This document shows, piece by piece, positions 1-8,667 of a stretch of 39,090 bases of DNA. The position numbers were made by a program, and so were the translations under genes. Below the pieces are notes generated by a model. That model ran no database searches and was not told the DNA's origin. It saw only the letters and a program-made list of their open reading frames with translations. Position 1 is the stretch's first letter. Each line of letters opens with the position of its first letter. Where the stretch lies: contig JAISVG010000044.1 of assembly GCA_031271635.1 (NCBI GenBank), positions 1-39,090 on the forward strand. The letters are read 5' to 3'. The DNA is from Erysipelotrichaceae bacterium. Its GTDB lineage: Bacteria > Bacillota_I > Bacilli_A > RFN20 > CAG-826.

Positions 1-83
1 ATGCGGATACCTTAATTCTTGGTACTCTTGAAGAAAATAAAAAGAATCCCGTATTATACTTCCTCTTCCTTACGACTTACTAA
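1..83 (+). CDS. 3' end of an unidentified CDS entering from the left edge (26 codons then TAA)
   Basis: Frame 3 is open from the window edge to TAA at 81-83 (..ADTLILGTLEENKKNPVLYFLFLTTY*). It is too short to assign a family. Confidence 0.2.
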   Translation, partial: ADTLILGTLEENKKNPVLYFLFLTTY

Positions 84-111
84 TTGACAAAATCCTACTT
101 TTGAGTATAAT
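84..111 (+). promoter_or_regulatory. sigma-70-type promoter of the tRNA gene
   Basis: Consensus TTGACA at 84-89, a 16-nt spacer, then consensus TATAAT at 106-111. The predicted start 7-8 nt downstream coincides with tRNA position 1 (119). Confidence 0.6.
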
Positions 112-118
112 ATCTACT

Positions 119-193
<75 letters not shown>

Positions 194-203
194 CTAAAGT
201 GTT

Positions 204-234
204 AGGATAAGTCTTAGTGATTTGTCCTTTTTTT
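204..234 (+). terminator. intrinsic terminator after the tRNA
   Basis: 10-bp stem AGGATAAGTC / GATTTGTCCT (two G:U pairs), 5-nt loop, followed by a T-run up to 234. Confidence 0.6.
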
Positions 235-493
235 GTTTTATTGATCTTTATTCTTTGTTAATAGCAACGATACAAACGATGCATTAAGAACTTTAAAGCG
301 TTGTCAGCAACCTTGCTTAGAGAATTAATAATACCGAACAAACACCATTGCTTAAAAAAAGAACCATTCTTTTAGTTTTATGACCCTGCTATTTTGCTTT
401 GACGCTCTTGATAATTGTGAAAATCTAAAATTAGTATTTATAATCAGCGTGGAATTATTTTTAAATAGTATAATGTGAAAAAGGGAGGTTTCT

Positions 494-1036
494 ATGCCAG
501 AATTAAAAGGTACGAAAACAGAAAAAAATCTATTAAAAGCATTCGGAGGAGAAAGCGAAGCTCGAAATAAATATACTTTCTTCGCTTCAAAAGCTAAAAA
601 AGAGGGTTATGAACAAATCGCCGCTATTTTCTTAGAGACTGCTGATAATGAAAAAGAACATGCTGAATTATGGTTTAAAGCACTCCATGGTGGTGCCGTC
701 CCCAGCACCAAAGAGTGTCTTAGCATGGCCGCGGATGGCGAAAACTATGAGTGGTCTGAAATGTATAAAGAAATGGCGAAAGACGCTAAAGAGGAAGGTT
801 TTCCTGAACTTGCCGCACAATTTGAAGGAGTCGCTGGTGTTGAGGCAAAACACGAAGCTAGATATCGTAAGTTTATTGAGAATTTAGAGGCCGGTGTTGT
901 CTTTAAACGTGACGATGTAGTCGTTTGGAAATGCCGTAACTGTGGTCATATCCATGTTGCGAAAGCCGCCCCACTTTTATGTCCCGTTTGTAAACATCCA
1001 CAAGCATACTTTGAACTCTTCGTCCAAAATTACTAA
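494..1036 (+). CDS. rbr: rubrerythrin (ferritin-like diiron domain plus C-terminal rubredoxin-like CxxC..CxxC)
   Basis: 180-aa ORF with SD AAGGGAGG at 481-488. It has an ExxH-containing four-helix region (EARNKY.., [18 protein letters not shown]) and a C-terminal CRNCGH..CPVCKHP. Confidence 0.9.
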   Translation: MPELKGTKTEKNLLKAFGGESEARNKYTFFASKAKKEGYEQIAAIFLETADNEKEHAELWFKALHGGAVPSTKECLSMAADGENYEWSEMYKEMAKDAKEEGFPELAAQFEGVAGVEAKHEARYRKFIENLEAGVVFKRDDVVVWKCRNCGHIHVAKAAPLLCPVCKHPQAYFELFVQNY

Positions 1037-1037
1037 A

Positions 1038-2795
1038 TTATCGTACACTTAATTTTTTAATAAAATCTTTTAAAGTCATTTTAATTTGGTCACTCGATTG
1101 ATAAGCACGGACCATAATGGTTTTTGATTTTAGTTCTTCATCACCAACAACGATGGTGTAGGGAACTTTATCAAGCTGGACTTTTCTTAAACGATAACCA
1201 AGTTTCTCATCACTATCATCGACCGTAACCCTAAAACCGGCTTGATCAAGTTTACGATGAATCATGCGAGCATATTTTCCTTGAAAGGTCGGATTTACCG
1301 GTAAAATTGTTGCCTGTACGGGAGTCATCCAGACGGGGAAGTTGCCCTTTAATTCTTCAAGTAAGTAGGCAATAAAGCGTTCTGAGGTGGAAGTAATCGC
1401 ACGGTGAAGCACTACGGGGCGAACCTTCTTTCCTTCCTTATCAATATAGAAAAGATCGAATTTCTCCGGAAGTAAAAAATCTAATTGGCAAGTAGATAAG
1501 GTAATTTCATGACCTAAGGCGGTTTTAATTTGTACGTCAAGTTTTGGGCCATAAAAGGCTGCTTCGCCCTTAGCCTCTTCAAAGGGAAGTTTTAGTTTCG
1601 TTAAGACATTTCTTAGCTTTGTTTCTGCCTTCTTCCACATTTGATCATCATCATAGTATTTCTCTTTATCAGCTGGATCACGAAGCGAAAGACGGAAAGA
1701 ATAGTTGACAATTTTTAAATCCTGATAGACTTCAAGAATTAACTGCACAACGTTTTTAAATTCGCTTTCAATTTGATCAGGACGTGCGAAAATATGAGCA
1801 TCATTCATGCACATTGAGCGGACCCGTTCAAGACCAAGCAGGGCTCCACTGGCCTCATAGCGGAAGTCTTGGGCTAATTCTCCGAGCCGAACTGGTAAAT
1901 CACGATATGAATGAAGCGAATTCTTATAGACTAACATATGATGCGGGCAGTTCATCGGCCGTAACACTAATTCTTCATTCTCCATTTTCATCACGGGAAA
2001 CATGCTGTCTTTATAATGGGCTAAATGACCAGAAATACGGTATAGTTCAGTACTAGCAAGAACTGGGGTATAAACATGTTCATAACCAAGAGCAATTTCT
2101 TTATCTTGAATATATCTTTCAAGTAATCTTTTTACAGTTGCCCCTCGAGGAAGCCAGATGGGGAGACCAGGACCAATTAACGGATCAAAAGTAAAGATAC
2201 GAAGTTCTTTTCCAAGACGGCGGTGATCCCGTTCCTTACGTTCTTCAAGAAGTTTTAAATAGGCATCAAGGGCTTCTTTAGTGAAGAAACTCGTTCCATA
2301 GATACGGGTTAGCATTTTTTCTTTGCTATTACCGTGGAGATAGGCTCCCGCTAGGTTCAAGAGTTTAAAATGCTTGATCTTTCCGGTATCGCTAAGATGT
2401 GGGCCCCGACATAAGTCGGTAAAGTTCCCTTCAATAAAGATGGAAATTGGACCAGTTGCTTTTTCAATCAATTCGAGTTTATAAGGGTTATCCTTAAAAA
2501 TTATTTGGGCTTCTTCTTTCGTGACTTCTTTTCTAAAGAAACTTTTTCCTTCTTTTGATATTTCTTTCATTTTGGCTTCAATTTTTTCTAAATCAGCCTC
2601 AGTTAGAGTTACTCCTTGAAAATCAATATCATAATAAAAACCTTCGCTAGTGTTAGGACCAATTACAAGTTTTGCCTGAGGATAGATAGTTTCAATCGCG
2701 TGTGCCATTAAGTGGGCAGTTGAGTGTCTTAAAACATCAAGCGCGGCGTTTTCATCTAAATGATGAACTTCTTTGTCATGTAATTTAATTTCCAT
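1038..2795 (-). CDS. thrS: threonine--tRNA ligase (short form without an N-terminal TGS domain)
   Basis: 585 aa. The editing-domain motif RHSTAHLMAHAI sits at residue ~23. Class II catalytic core (RPMNCPHH, FRYEASGAL.GL.RVR, NDAHIF) and a C-terminal anticodon-binding domain. Confidence 0.95.
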   Translation of the reverse strand: MEIKLHDKEVHHLDENAALDVLRHSTAHLMAHAIETIYPQAKLVIGPNTSEGFYYDIDFQGVTLTEADLEKIEAKMKEISKEGKSFFRKEVTKEEAQIIFKDNPYKLELIEKATGPISIFIEGNFTDLCRGPHLSDTGKIKHFKLLNLAGAYLHGNSKEKMLTRIYGTSFFTKEALDAYLKLLEERKERDHRRLGKELRIFTFDPLIGPGLPIWLPRGATVKRLLERYIQDKEIALGYEHVYTPVLASTELYRISGHLAHYKDSMFPVMKMENEELVLRPMNCPHHMLVYKNSLHSYRDLPVRLGELAQDFRYEASGALLGLERVRSMCMNDAHIFARPDQIESEFKNVVQLILEVYQDLKIVNYSFRLSLRDPADKEKYYDDDQMWKKAETKLRNVLTKLKLPFEEAKGEAAFYGPKLDVQIKTALGHEITLSTCQLDFLLPEKFDLFYIDKEGKKVRPVVLHRAITSTSERFIAYLLEELKGNFPVWMTPVQATILPVNPTFQGKYARMIHRKLDQAGFRVTVDDSDEKLGYRLRKVQLDKVPYTIVVGDEELKSKTIMVRAYQSSDQIKMTLKDFIKKLSVR

Positions 2796-2797
2796 TT

Positions 2798-3628
2798 TTA
2801 CTCCTTAAAACCATATGCTGCGGCGCCATAAAGGCCGGCATCATCAAATAAAACCGAGGGAACAATCCTTAATTTTGAATCATTAGTAAGCCGCGGGAAG
2901 AAGAGATCCTTATTATGAAGCACTCCTCCAGTTAGAACCACAATATCGGGACGAAAGGCATAACTAATAAAGTCTAAGAATTCCCTAAAAAGGCTAATCC
3001 AATCTTCAAAAACTCTTACTGCGAGAAGGTTTCCACTTCGTACTTCATTAAAAAAATCTTTGGCAGTACTAAGGTCTAACTGATTTAATTTCGCTAAAGT
3101 CACTAAGCCACGGCCACTAGCTATCTTCTCGAATTCGTAAAATGTATCCTGATACTTAAATAAAGTATGTCCAATTTCATCACTCGAAGGAATGAAGTTT
3201 TGATGCATAAAAAGCGCCCCTCCGACCCCAGTTGAAATGGTGATAAAATAAACGCGATCAAAATCTTTTCCTTCTCCAATTAGGGCTTCAGCATAACCAG
3301 CGACGACCGCATCATTTAAAACATAGGCGGTGAGATTAAACTCATCACGGAAGTTCTTCACAAAATCAATGTTTGATAAGAATAAGTTTGGTAATTCCTC
3401 AATAAAACCATCAAGACGAACCCGTCCTGCCACTCCTAAGACAACACATTTTATCTCAGGAACAAGCGCAATTAGCTTTACTGTTAAGTCATTAATACTC
3501 TGAATAAAGGCCTCCTTTGAGGTATTAACAGTGGGAATTTTAATGATCGATACTGGTTGATAGTCAGCATTAAAAAGCGCGACTCGAGTATTTGTTCCTC
3601 CAATATCAAAAGCAATAACGTGTGACAT
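2798..3628 (-). CDS. ROK/glucokinase-like sugar kinase lacking the Cys-rich zinc motif
   Basis: 276 aa with N-terminal FDIGGTNTRVALF phosphate-1 motif, TISTGVGGA and DEIGH. No CxCGxxGC motif was seen. Sits directly between pfkA and thrS. Confidence 0.65.
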   Translation of the reverse strand: MSHVIAFDIGGTNTRVALFNADYQPVSIIKIPTVNTSKEAFIQSINDLTVKLIALVPEIKCVVLGVAGRVRLDGFIEELPNLFLSNIDFVKNFRDEFNLTAYVLNDAVVAGYAEALIGEGKDFDRVYFITISTGVGGALFMHQNFIPSSDEIGHTLFKYQDTFYEFEKIASGRGLVTLAKLNQLDLSTAKDFFNEVRSGNLLAVRVFEDWISLFREFLDFISYAFRPDIVVLTGGVLHNKDLFFPRLTNDSKLRIVPSVLFDDAGLYGAAAYGFKE

Positions 3629-3632
3629 ATTG

Positions 3633-4592
3633 CTACTTTAAGGTATCGAGTAATTGATATAAGGCGGTGCGATCTGGCTTTTTTAATGTCAGAGATTCTT
3701 CAATATCATAATCCCGGATTTGATTGTTAACCATGCCAATACAACGACCTGATTGGCCGCGAATCAAAATTTCAGCGGCACGACTTCCTAGTCTTGAAGC
3801 AAGGACACGGTCAAAGGCGGTTGGCGAGCCACCACGTTGTAACCTTCCTAAGACTTCAGCTTTGGTCTCAAAACCAGTTTCTTGAGTAATATGGTCGGCA
3901 AGTTCATGAACATCAACGAGATTCTCACTCACTAGCATGATAGCGTGTCGTTTTTTCTTCCGTTTTAATTCACTTAAGATTTTAATAATATCAACTTCTT
4001 CGGGTCGATGAGTATAGTCCATAACTAATTCAACTCCTTCAGCAATACCAGAAAAAATTGCCAAATCACCACATTGTCGTCCCATGACTTCAATTAAGGA
4101 GCAGCGTTGGTGAGAGGAAGTAGTATCGCGGAGTTTATCAATACAATCAATGATGGTATTTAAACAAGTATCAAAACCAATGGTATAATCAGTTGAGGCA
4201 ACATCATTATCAATAGTTGCCGGAAGGGCAACGGTTGGGAAGCCAAGACGCGAGAGCGCTAAGGCGCCCTGATAGGTTCCATCGCCACCAATACAGACTA
4301 AAGAATCAATTTTATGCTTTCTTAAGTTATCAATCGCTTTTTGTTGTACGGCAAGTTCTTTAAACTCGGGGAGTCTGGTCGAACCAATAATGGTGCCGCC
4401 GCGATTGATGATATCTTTGACACTATCGCGATCCGCCATTTTAATGCTGCCATCGACAAGACCTTTAAATCCAAAACTAACCATATACATTTTTAGGTTA
4501 TGCTTTAAACCGGTGCGGACGACCGCACGGATTGCGGCGTTCATGCCCGGAGAATCGCCACCACTTGTGAGAACTGCCATTGACTTAATCAT
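3633..4592 (-). CDS. pfkA: ATP-dependent 6-phosphofructokinase
   Basis: 319 aa with LTSGGDSPGMNAAIRAVV, IGGDGTYQGA and PATIDND motifs. SD GAGGT lies 8 nt upstream of the ATG. Confidence 0.95.
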   Translation of the reverse strand: MIKSMAVLTSGGDSPGMNAAIRAVVRTGLKHNLKMYMVSFGFKGLVDGSIKMADRDSVKDIINRGGTIIGSTRLPEFKELAVQQKAIDNLRKHKIDSLVCIGGDGTYQGALALSRLGFPTVALPATIDNDVASTDYTIGFDTCLNTIIDCIDKLRDTTSSHQRCSLIEVMGRQCGDLAIFSGIAEGVELVMDYTHRPEEVDIIKILSELKRKKKRHAIMLVSENLVDVHELADHITQETGFETKAEVLGRLQRGGSPTAFDRVLASRLGSRAAEILIRGQSGRCIGMVNNQIRDYDIEESLTLKKPDRTALYQLLDTLK

Positions 4593-4633
4593 GCTTCTTT
4601 ACCTCTATCAAATTATATCATTAAGTTTTTAAC

Positions 4634-5620
4634 TTAAAGGTTTGAATTCTTGATTATTTCATCATCAAGGGCTTTTAAGAAGCTATTTAGCTCTTCAAGA
4701 CTCAGAAGTGTCGCCCCACTAGCCTGTTTATGGCCACCACCCTTAAATTTTTTCGCCACTTCACTAATGGGATAACGTTTACTCCTAATGGAAACGCGGT
4801 AGCAGTTATCCTTCTTGTCTTCAGTAATGGAGCACCAAACTTCAATTTCCTTAATATTTGAAAACATATTGACATAAACTTTACCAAGTTCGGAGGTAAT
4901 GCCAATTCGTGTTAGATCATCTTCTTTTAAAATGTAGTAAGCCACCCCATGTTTCGTTAACTGATATGAATCTAGAATAAACTTCTGGACTGCTAAATCT
5001 TTCAGTTCTTTTTCAAACATTAGTTGGTAAATCTCGCTGATGTTGATATTGCTACTTAAAAGTAAAGCCGCGACTTCAAAAGTTCGCTTCGTGGTGCTTG
5101 AAAAACGGAAACCACCAGTATCACCGACTAAGGCACTATAAAAATAGCTTGCAGCCGCCTTCGAAAACTGGTATTTACGCCCCATATTAGCGAGAAGAGT
5201 GACAACAAACTCTGCAGCCGCCGCAAAGCTTGTATCGACTAAATCTAAGTCACCAAAGCCCGGTTCATGGGGATGATGATCAATTTTAACAATTTTGTCG
5301 GCTTTCGTAAAACGCGGATCACTGACTCTTTCAAGACTTCCCACATCAATCACAATAGCTAAGAAGGTGTTTTGTTCAAACCACGAATCCTTTAGTTCTT
5401 CCATTTTAGGATAAAGTCGTCCGGTAAAAGTGACATGGTTATCACCGACAAAATGAATCTCCTTTGCCTTGAAATTGTCTTTTAACCAGCTCACCAGTCC
5501 CATCTGTGATCCAAGAGCATCAAAATCTGGAATCGCATGACGGAAGACGACAATTTTGTCATATTGCTTAATAAGTTTAAGGAGTTGTTTGCTCACTTTT
5601 TGATAATTATTTTGGTTCAT
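4634..5620 (-). CDS. nrnA: DHH/DHHA1 phosphoesterase (NrnA-type oligoribonuclease / pAp phosphatase)
   Basis: Motifs DFDALGS, IDHHPH (DHH) and KGGGHKQASGA (DHHA1). I chose the start at the internal ATG 5620 (MNQNNYQ..) because AGGAG lies 7 nt upstream. The ORF-track start at 5650 would extend further into ackA. Confidence 0.8.
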   Translation of the reverse strand: MNQNNYQKVSKQLLKLIKQYDKIVVFRHAIPDFDALGSQMGLVSWLKDNFKAKEIHFVGDNHVTFTGRLYPKMEELKDSWFEQNTFLAIVIDVGSLERVSDPRFTKADKIVKIDHHPHEPGFGDLDLVDTSFAAAAEFVVTLLANMGRKYQFSKAAASYFYSALVGDTGGFRFSSTTKRTFEVAALLLSSNINISEIYQLMFEKELKDLAVQKFILDSYQLTKHGVAYYILKEDDLTRIGITSELGKVYVNMFSNIKEIEVWCSITEDKKDNCYRVSIRSKRYPISEVAKKFKGGGHKQASGATLLSLEELNSFLKALDDEIIKNSNL

Positions 5621-6818
5621 TTTGTTGCTCCTGATATAGTTGATAGGCATCTTTTGCGATCATTAATTCTTCGTCAGTGGGAATGACATAGATTTTCACT
5701 TTTGATTTTGGTGTTGAAAGTTTCATGAAAGTGCCACGAGTCTTTTTATTGAGTTCAAGATCGATATCGAGCTTGTAGGCTTCCTCAAGACTCCTCACAA
5801 CCCGTTCCCGGTATTCTGGTGAATTCTCACCAATACCAGCCGAAAAGACAATGACATCCGCCCCGCCAAGTCTTCCATAATATTGTGAGATAAAATCTGC
5901 GCTTCTTCTTACAAATAATTCATCAGCAATAATGGCGTTTTTGTCGCCTCTAGCCTCAGCTTCTAAGACATCACGAGAATCAGAAGAAAGCATCGAAACT
6001 CCAGCAAGTCCAGACTTTCGGTTAAGGAGCTGGAAAGTTGCTTCATTAGTAAGACCTTCAAGCTTTTGGAGGTAATAATAAACACTTGGATCCATATCGC
6101 CACTTCTAGTTCCCATCATGATCCCACCAAGTGGTGTTAAACCCATTGAGGTTGCAATACTTTTTCCATCTTTAATCGCACAGATTGAAGCACCGCTTCC
6201 AATATGACAAGAAATGAGCTTGTATGACTTTTTATTGCGGATGATCTTTTGCTCTACTATCTTGGCAAGATATTGATGGCTAGTACCATGAGCCCCGTAT
6301 CTTCTTAATTGATGTTTCATTGCTAAATCATAAGGAATCGGGAATAAATAATCAGCCTCTTCCATTGTTTGATGAAAGGAAGTATCAAAGACAAAGACTT
6401 GAAAAAGGTTCGGAAGAATCGCCTCAAAGGCCGTCGCACAGTTTAATTCGGGTTCATTATGAAGTGGGGCTAAAGGAATTAGGGACGCCACCTGTGCCTT
6501 ACTTGTCGTCGTGATTGGTGCGGAACGCTTGAATAAACTGCCACCTTGGACAACACGATGGCCCGCCGCTTTAATATCATGATAACTCTTAATGATTTTC
6601 TTTGAGATTAAAGTATCAAGCAACATTTGAAGAGCAAAGCCATGACTAGGAACTTGAAGGTGCTTTTCCTCCTTAGTGCCATTAATCTTCAGTGTAAAAA
6701 TACCACTTTCAAGATCAATTCTTTCAAAAAGACCGCCACAGATGACTGTGCCTCGTGGCATATTATAGAGTTTAAATTTGAGGGAACTACTGCCCGCATT
6801 GATTGAGATGATTAACAT
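5607..6818 (-). CDS. ackA: acetate kinase
   Basis: 403 aa with INAGSSSLKF, GHRVVQGG, RYGAHGTSH and SCHIGSGASI motifs. SD AAAGGA lies upstream. Confidence 0.95.
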   Translation of the reverse strand: MLIISINAGSSSLKFKLYNMPRGTVICGGLFERIDLESGIFTLKINGTKEEKHLQVPSHGFALQMLLDTLISKKIIKSYHDIKAAGHRVVQGGSLFKRSAPITTTSKAQVASLIPLAPLHNEPELNCATAFEAILPNLFQVFVFDTSFHQTMEEADYLFPIPYDLAMKHQLRRYGAHGTSHQYLAKIVEQKIIRNKKSYKLISCHIGSGASICAIKDGKSIATSMGLTPLGGIMMGTRSGDMDPSVYYYLQKLEGLTNEATFQLLNRKSGLAGVSMLSSDSRDVLEAEARGDKNAIIADELFVRRSADFISQYYGRLGGADVIVFSAGIGENSPEYRERVVRSLEEAYKLDIDLELNKKTRGTFMKLSTPKSKVKIYVIPTDEELMIAKDAYQLYQEQQNEPK

Positions 6819-6874
6819 GTTTTTCCTTTCACACTTTATTATATCTAAATTATTCTAATAAATTAGAATGAAGT

Positions 6875-6900
6875 TAAAAACACCGCTTTTGAGGCGGTGT
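6875..6900 (-). terminator. intrinsic terminator of the lipoprotein operon
   Basis: Perfect 7-bp stem ACACCGC/GCGGTGT (6880-6886 / 6894-6900) with a 7-nt loop. On the minus strand it is followed by TTTTT, 26 nt after the stop of the 6927 gene. Confidence 0.65.
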
Positions 6901-6926
6901 TTGTTGATGAATCTTAATTCAACCAA

Positions 6927-7712
6927 TTAGTAATTGGTGGGGTCTTGATTATTAACACGAACAAAGATATCGCCTTCTTCATCAAGAACAATTCGCGAGT
7001 TAAGACCGGAAGCGGCATGATGATAGAATTCTCCAACTTCAGCATTCGCGCTGGTTCGATGTTCATAACCAAGAGCGACCAGATCTTCGTTCCATTTAGT
7101 GATGATACCGGCTTTATCGGCTTCAACAACATCCATAACTTTAACTCCAAAGAAGATGCCTTCTTCTTCCCAAGAACCAAAGACGAAAGCTGAATAATAA
7201 TTAGTCGTTAAATCAATTTCAGGAATCGGAGCATCAGGGAAACTATTTTCAAGGAGGGTACTCGGCCAGTTCATATAATAGACATAAGCGGTGATCATTA
7301 AGGTGTCTTCTTCGCCATAAGTAATGAGGGCAATAATGAAATTACCTGCTTCATTTTGAATTTGACCAAAGACTAAATCACCTTGATCTTCAACACTCCA
7401 TTCATTCTCTTCCATGAACGTAATATATTCTTCAATTGTTTCATCATAACTAACGGTGGTAGTGATTTCAACTTCAAGACGACCGAATTTTCCTTCTTCT
7501 TCTGAAACAACCGCGGTTACGACCATTCCTTCAAAGTAATAGTATGGGAGAGCATTACCTTCACCCCAATACTTATTAAAGATATCTAGTTCCGCTTGAG
7601 TCCAAGCAGTTGGTACTACTGGCGGCGGCGGGACATCGGGTTCGCAAGCTACAAGGGAGGTACCAAGCGTTACGCTTGCTCCAAGCACCATTAATAACTT
7701 ATTTAATCTCAT
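6927..7712 (-). CDS. lipoprotein, unknown function (paralog of the next gene)
   Basis: Signal peptide plus lipobox (..LGTSLVAC). SD AAGGAGG lies 5 nt upstream. Shares blocks with the 7723 gene: W-T..E, KY.G..N.LP.Y.F.G, TTTV.YDE, IT(A/S)YV...P(S/T). Confidence 0.7.
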   Translation of the reverse strand: MRLNKLLMVLGASVTLGTSLVACEPDVPPPPVVPTAWTQAELDIFNKYWGEGNALPYYYFEGMVVTAVVSEEEGKFGRLEVEITTTVSYDETIEEYITFMEENEWSVEDQGDLVFGQIQNEAGNFIIALITYGEEDTLMITAYVYYMNWPSTLLENSFPDAPIPEIDLTTNYYSAFVFGSWEEEGIFFGVKVMDVVEADKAGIITKWNEDLVALGYEHRTSANAEVGEFYHHAASGLNSRIVLDEEGDIFVRVNNQDPTNY

Positions 7713-7722
7713 TTCGACCTCC

Positions 7723-8547
7723 TTACATGTAACGAATCGTTAAAACATGTGAACCGTAGTCATCAAGTGCAATCGGTTCAAAATAGACTCGAGCGCCACC
7801 TTTTTGATAGACTTCAATCGTACTTCCATCATTTAATTGAAGATTAGTTACCGCAAAACCAGCGGCAGTCATGACTTCAATATATTTGGTTCGACCATTA
7901 ATAGCATTTTCTTCACTATTGTAACCAACTTGGGCAAGCATTTCACAGCCACGGACTCTTAAACTTGAACCATAGAACGGGGAAGTATAACCTTCACAAC
8001 CTATGGTTTCAATGTCGATTGGAACAAATAATTCATGTAAGAAAGAAGCATTCATGAAATTTGTGGGATAAGCGGCCCAAACAACATAGGATGTAATCGA
8101 AATGTAGCTATCTTCATCTGGTTCAACAAACATTAATAGCGTGCCAATATCTCCATTATCAAAGATTGAAATCACCACAATCCCTGCGGAGGTTTCTTGC
8201 ATAGTATAAGTAGGTTCGCCATACTCATCAAGAAATTCATCCCCAGCAAGATATTCAAGATACGCATCAACTCCTTCATCATAATCAACAGTTGTGGTTA
8301 AACTAAGTCCGATTACAGGAATATAGCCTGGGTCAACCGTAATCGCGGCAATTTTACGACCTGCAAAATTATAAGCCGGTAAACGATTGTTGTCGCCAAG
8401 ATACTTATCTTGAAGGTTGTTCTCTTTGGTCGTCCATTCAAGAGAAAGTAGCGGTTTCTCAGGAGGAACAACAGGATCACATGCGGCCATAGTGGCCACA
8501 ATTGAGAGACTAGCTAGACTGGTGAGTAATAGATTTCTTATTCGCAT
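7723..8547 (-). CDS. lipoprotein, unknown function (paralog of the previous gene)
   Basis: Signal peptide plus lipobox (..IVATMAAC). SD AAGGAG lies 5 nt upstream. Paralogy as described for 6927-7712. Confidence 0.7.
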   Translation of the reverse strand: MRIRNLLLTSLASLSIVATMAACDPVVPPEKPLLSLEWTTKENNLQDKYLGDNNRLPAYNFAGRKIAAITVDPGYIPVIGLSLTTTVDYDEGVDAYLEYLAGDEFLDEYGEPTYTMQETSAGIVVISIFDNGDIGTLLMFVEPDEDSYISITSYVVWAAYPTNFMNASFLHELFVPIDIETIGCEGYTSPFYGSSLRVRGCEMLAQVGYNSEENAINGRTKYIEVMTAAGFAVTNLQLNDGSTIEVYQKGGARVYFEPIALDDYGSHVLTIRYM

Positions 8548-8583
8548 AATTTCTCCTTTTTCTTAATAAAATAAGATTTATAA

Positions 8584-8612
8584 ATTGTAGCACAACAAAA
8601 ATATTTTTACAA
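8584..8612 (-). promoter_or_regulatory. promoter of the lipoprotein operon
   Basis: On the minus strand: TTGTAA (8612-8607), 17-nt spacer, extended -10 TGCTACAAT (8592-8584). Confidence 0.5.
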
Positions 8613-8667
8613 GAGGAAGCATTTTTCTTGCTTTATTAATGTCCATTATTGGAGTATAATTATTAAC

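Noticed and set aside
415-474. PerR/Fur-type operator in front of rubrerythrin.
   Set aside because: Two TATAAT boxes (439-444 and 469-474) and AT-rich sequence are present, but I could not find a convincing 7-1-7 inverted repeat.
648-887. Nested or antisense ORFs from the six-frame track: 648-887, 668-853, 1784-2056, 4390-4632, 4702-4905, 6320-6514, 6914-7180, 6945-7193, 8313-8501, 9245-9580, 13859-14080, 15200-15424, 15838-16185, 20650-20922, 20882-21223, 21408-21626, 22089-22292, 24625-24834, 25121-25411, 26421-26687, 27020-27214, 29983-30165, 30608-30790, 33875-34057, 36431-36640, 36778-37008, 36842-37048.
   Set aside because: Each lies inside, or mostly inside, a longer ORF with clear family motifs, in another frame or on the opposite strand. 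They have low-complexity or biased composition and no SD or start context, so I treat them as spurious.
5621-5650. Longer N-terminal extensions offered by the ORF track: nrnA 5650, DUF1292 11647, LRR 11816, holA 19464, adenylation gene 22785, Fic/Doc 30714, ABC 31885.
   Set aside because: In each case an internal ATG has a well-spaced AGGAG-type SD, or a nearby promoter, and begins where the family-typical N-terminus starts. The extensions start at TTG or GTG, or overlap the upstream gene.
8548-8667. T-box leaders upstream of alaS and thrS.
   Set aside because: The alaS upstream gap is 120 nt and is shared with a divergent promoter. The thrS upstream gap is 2 nt. Neither has room for a T-box (about 200 nt or more), and no specifier or T-box sequence was seen.
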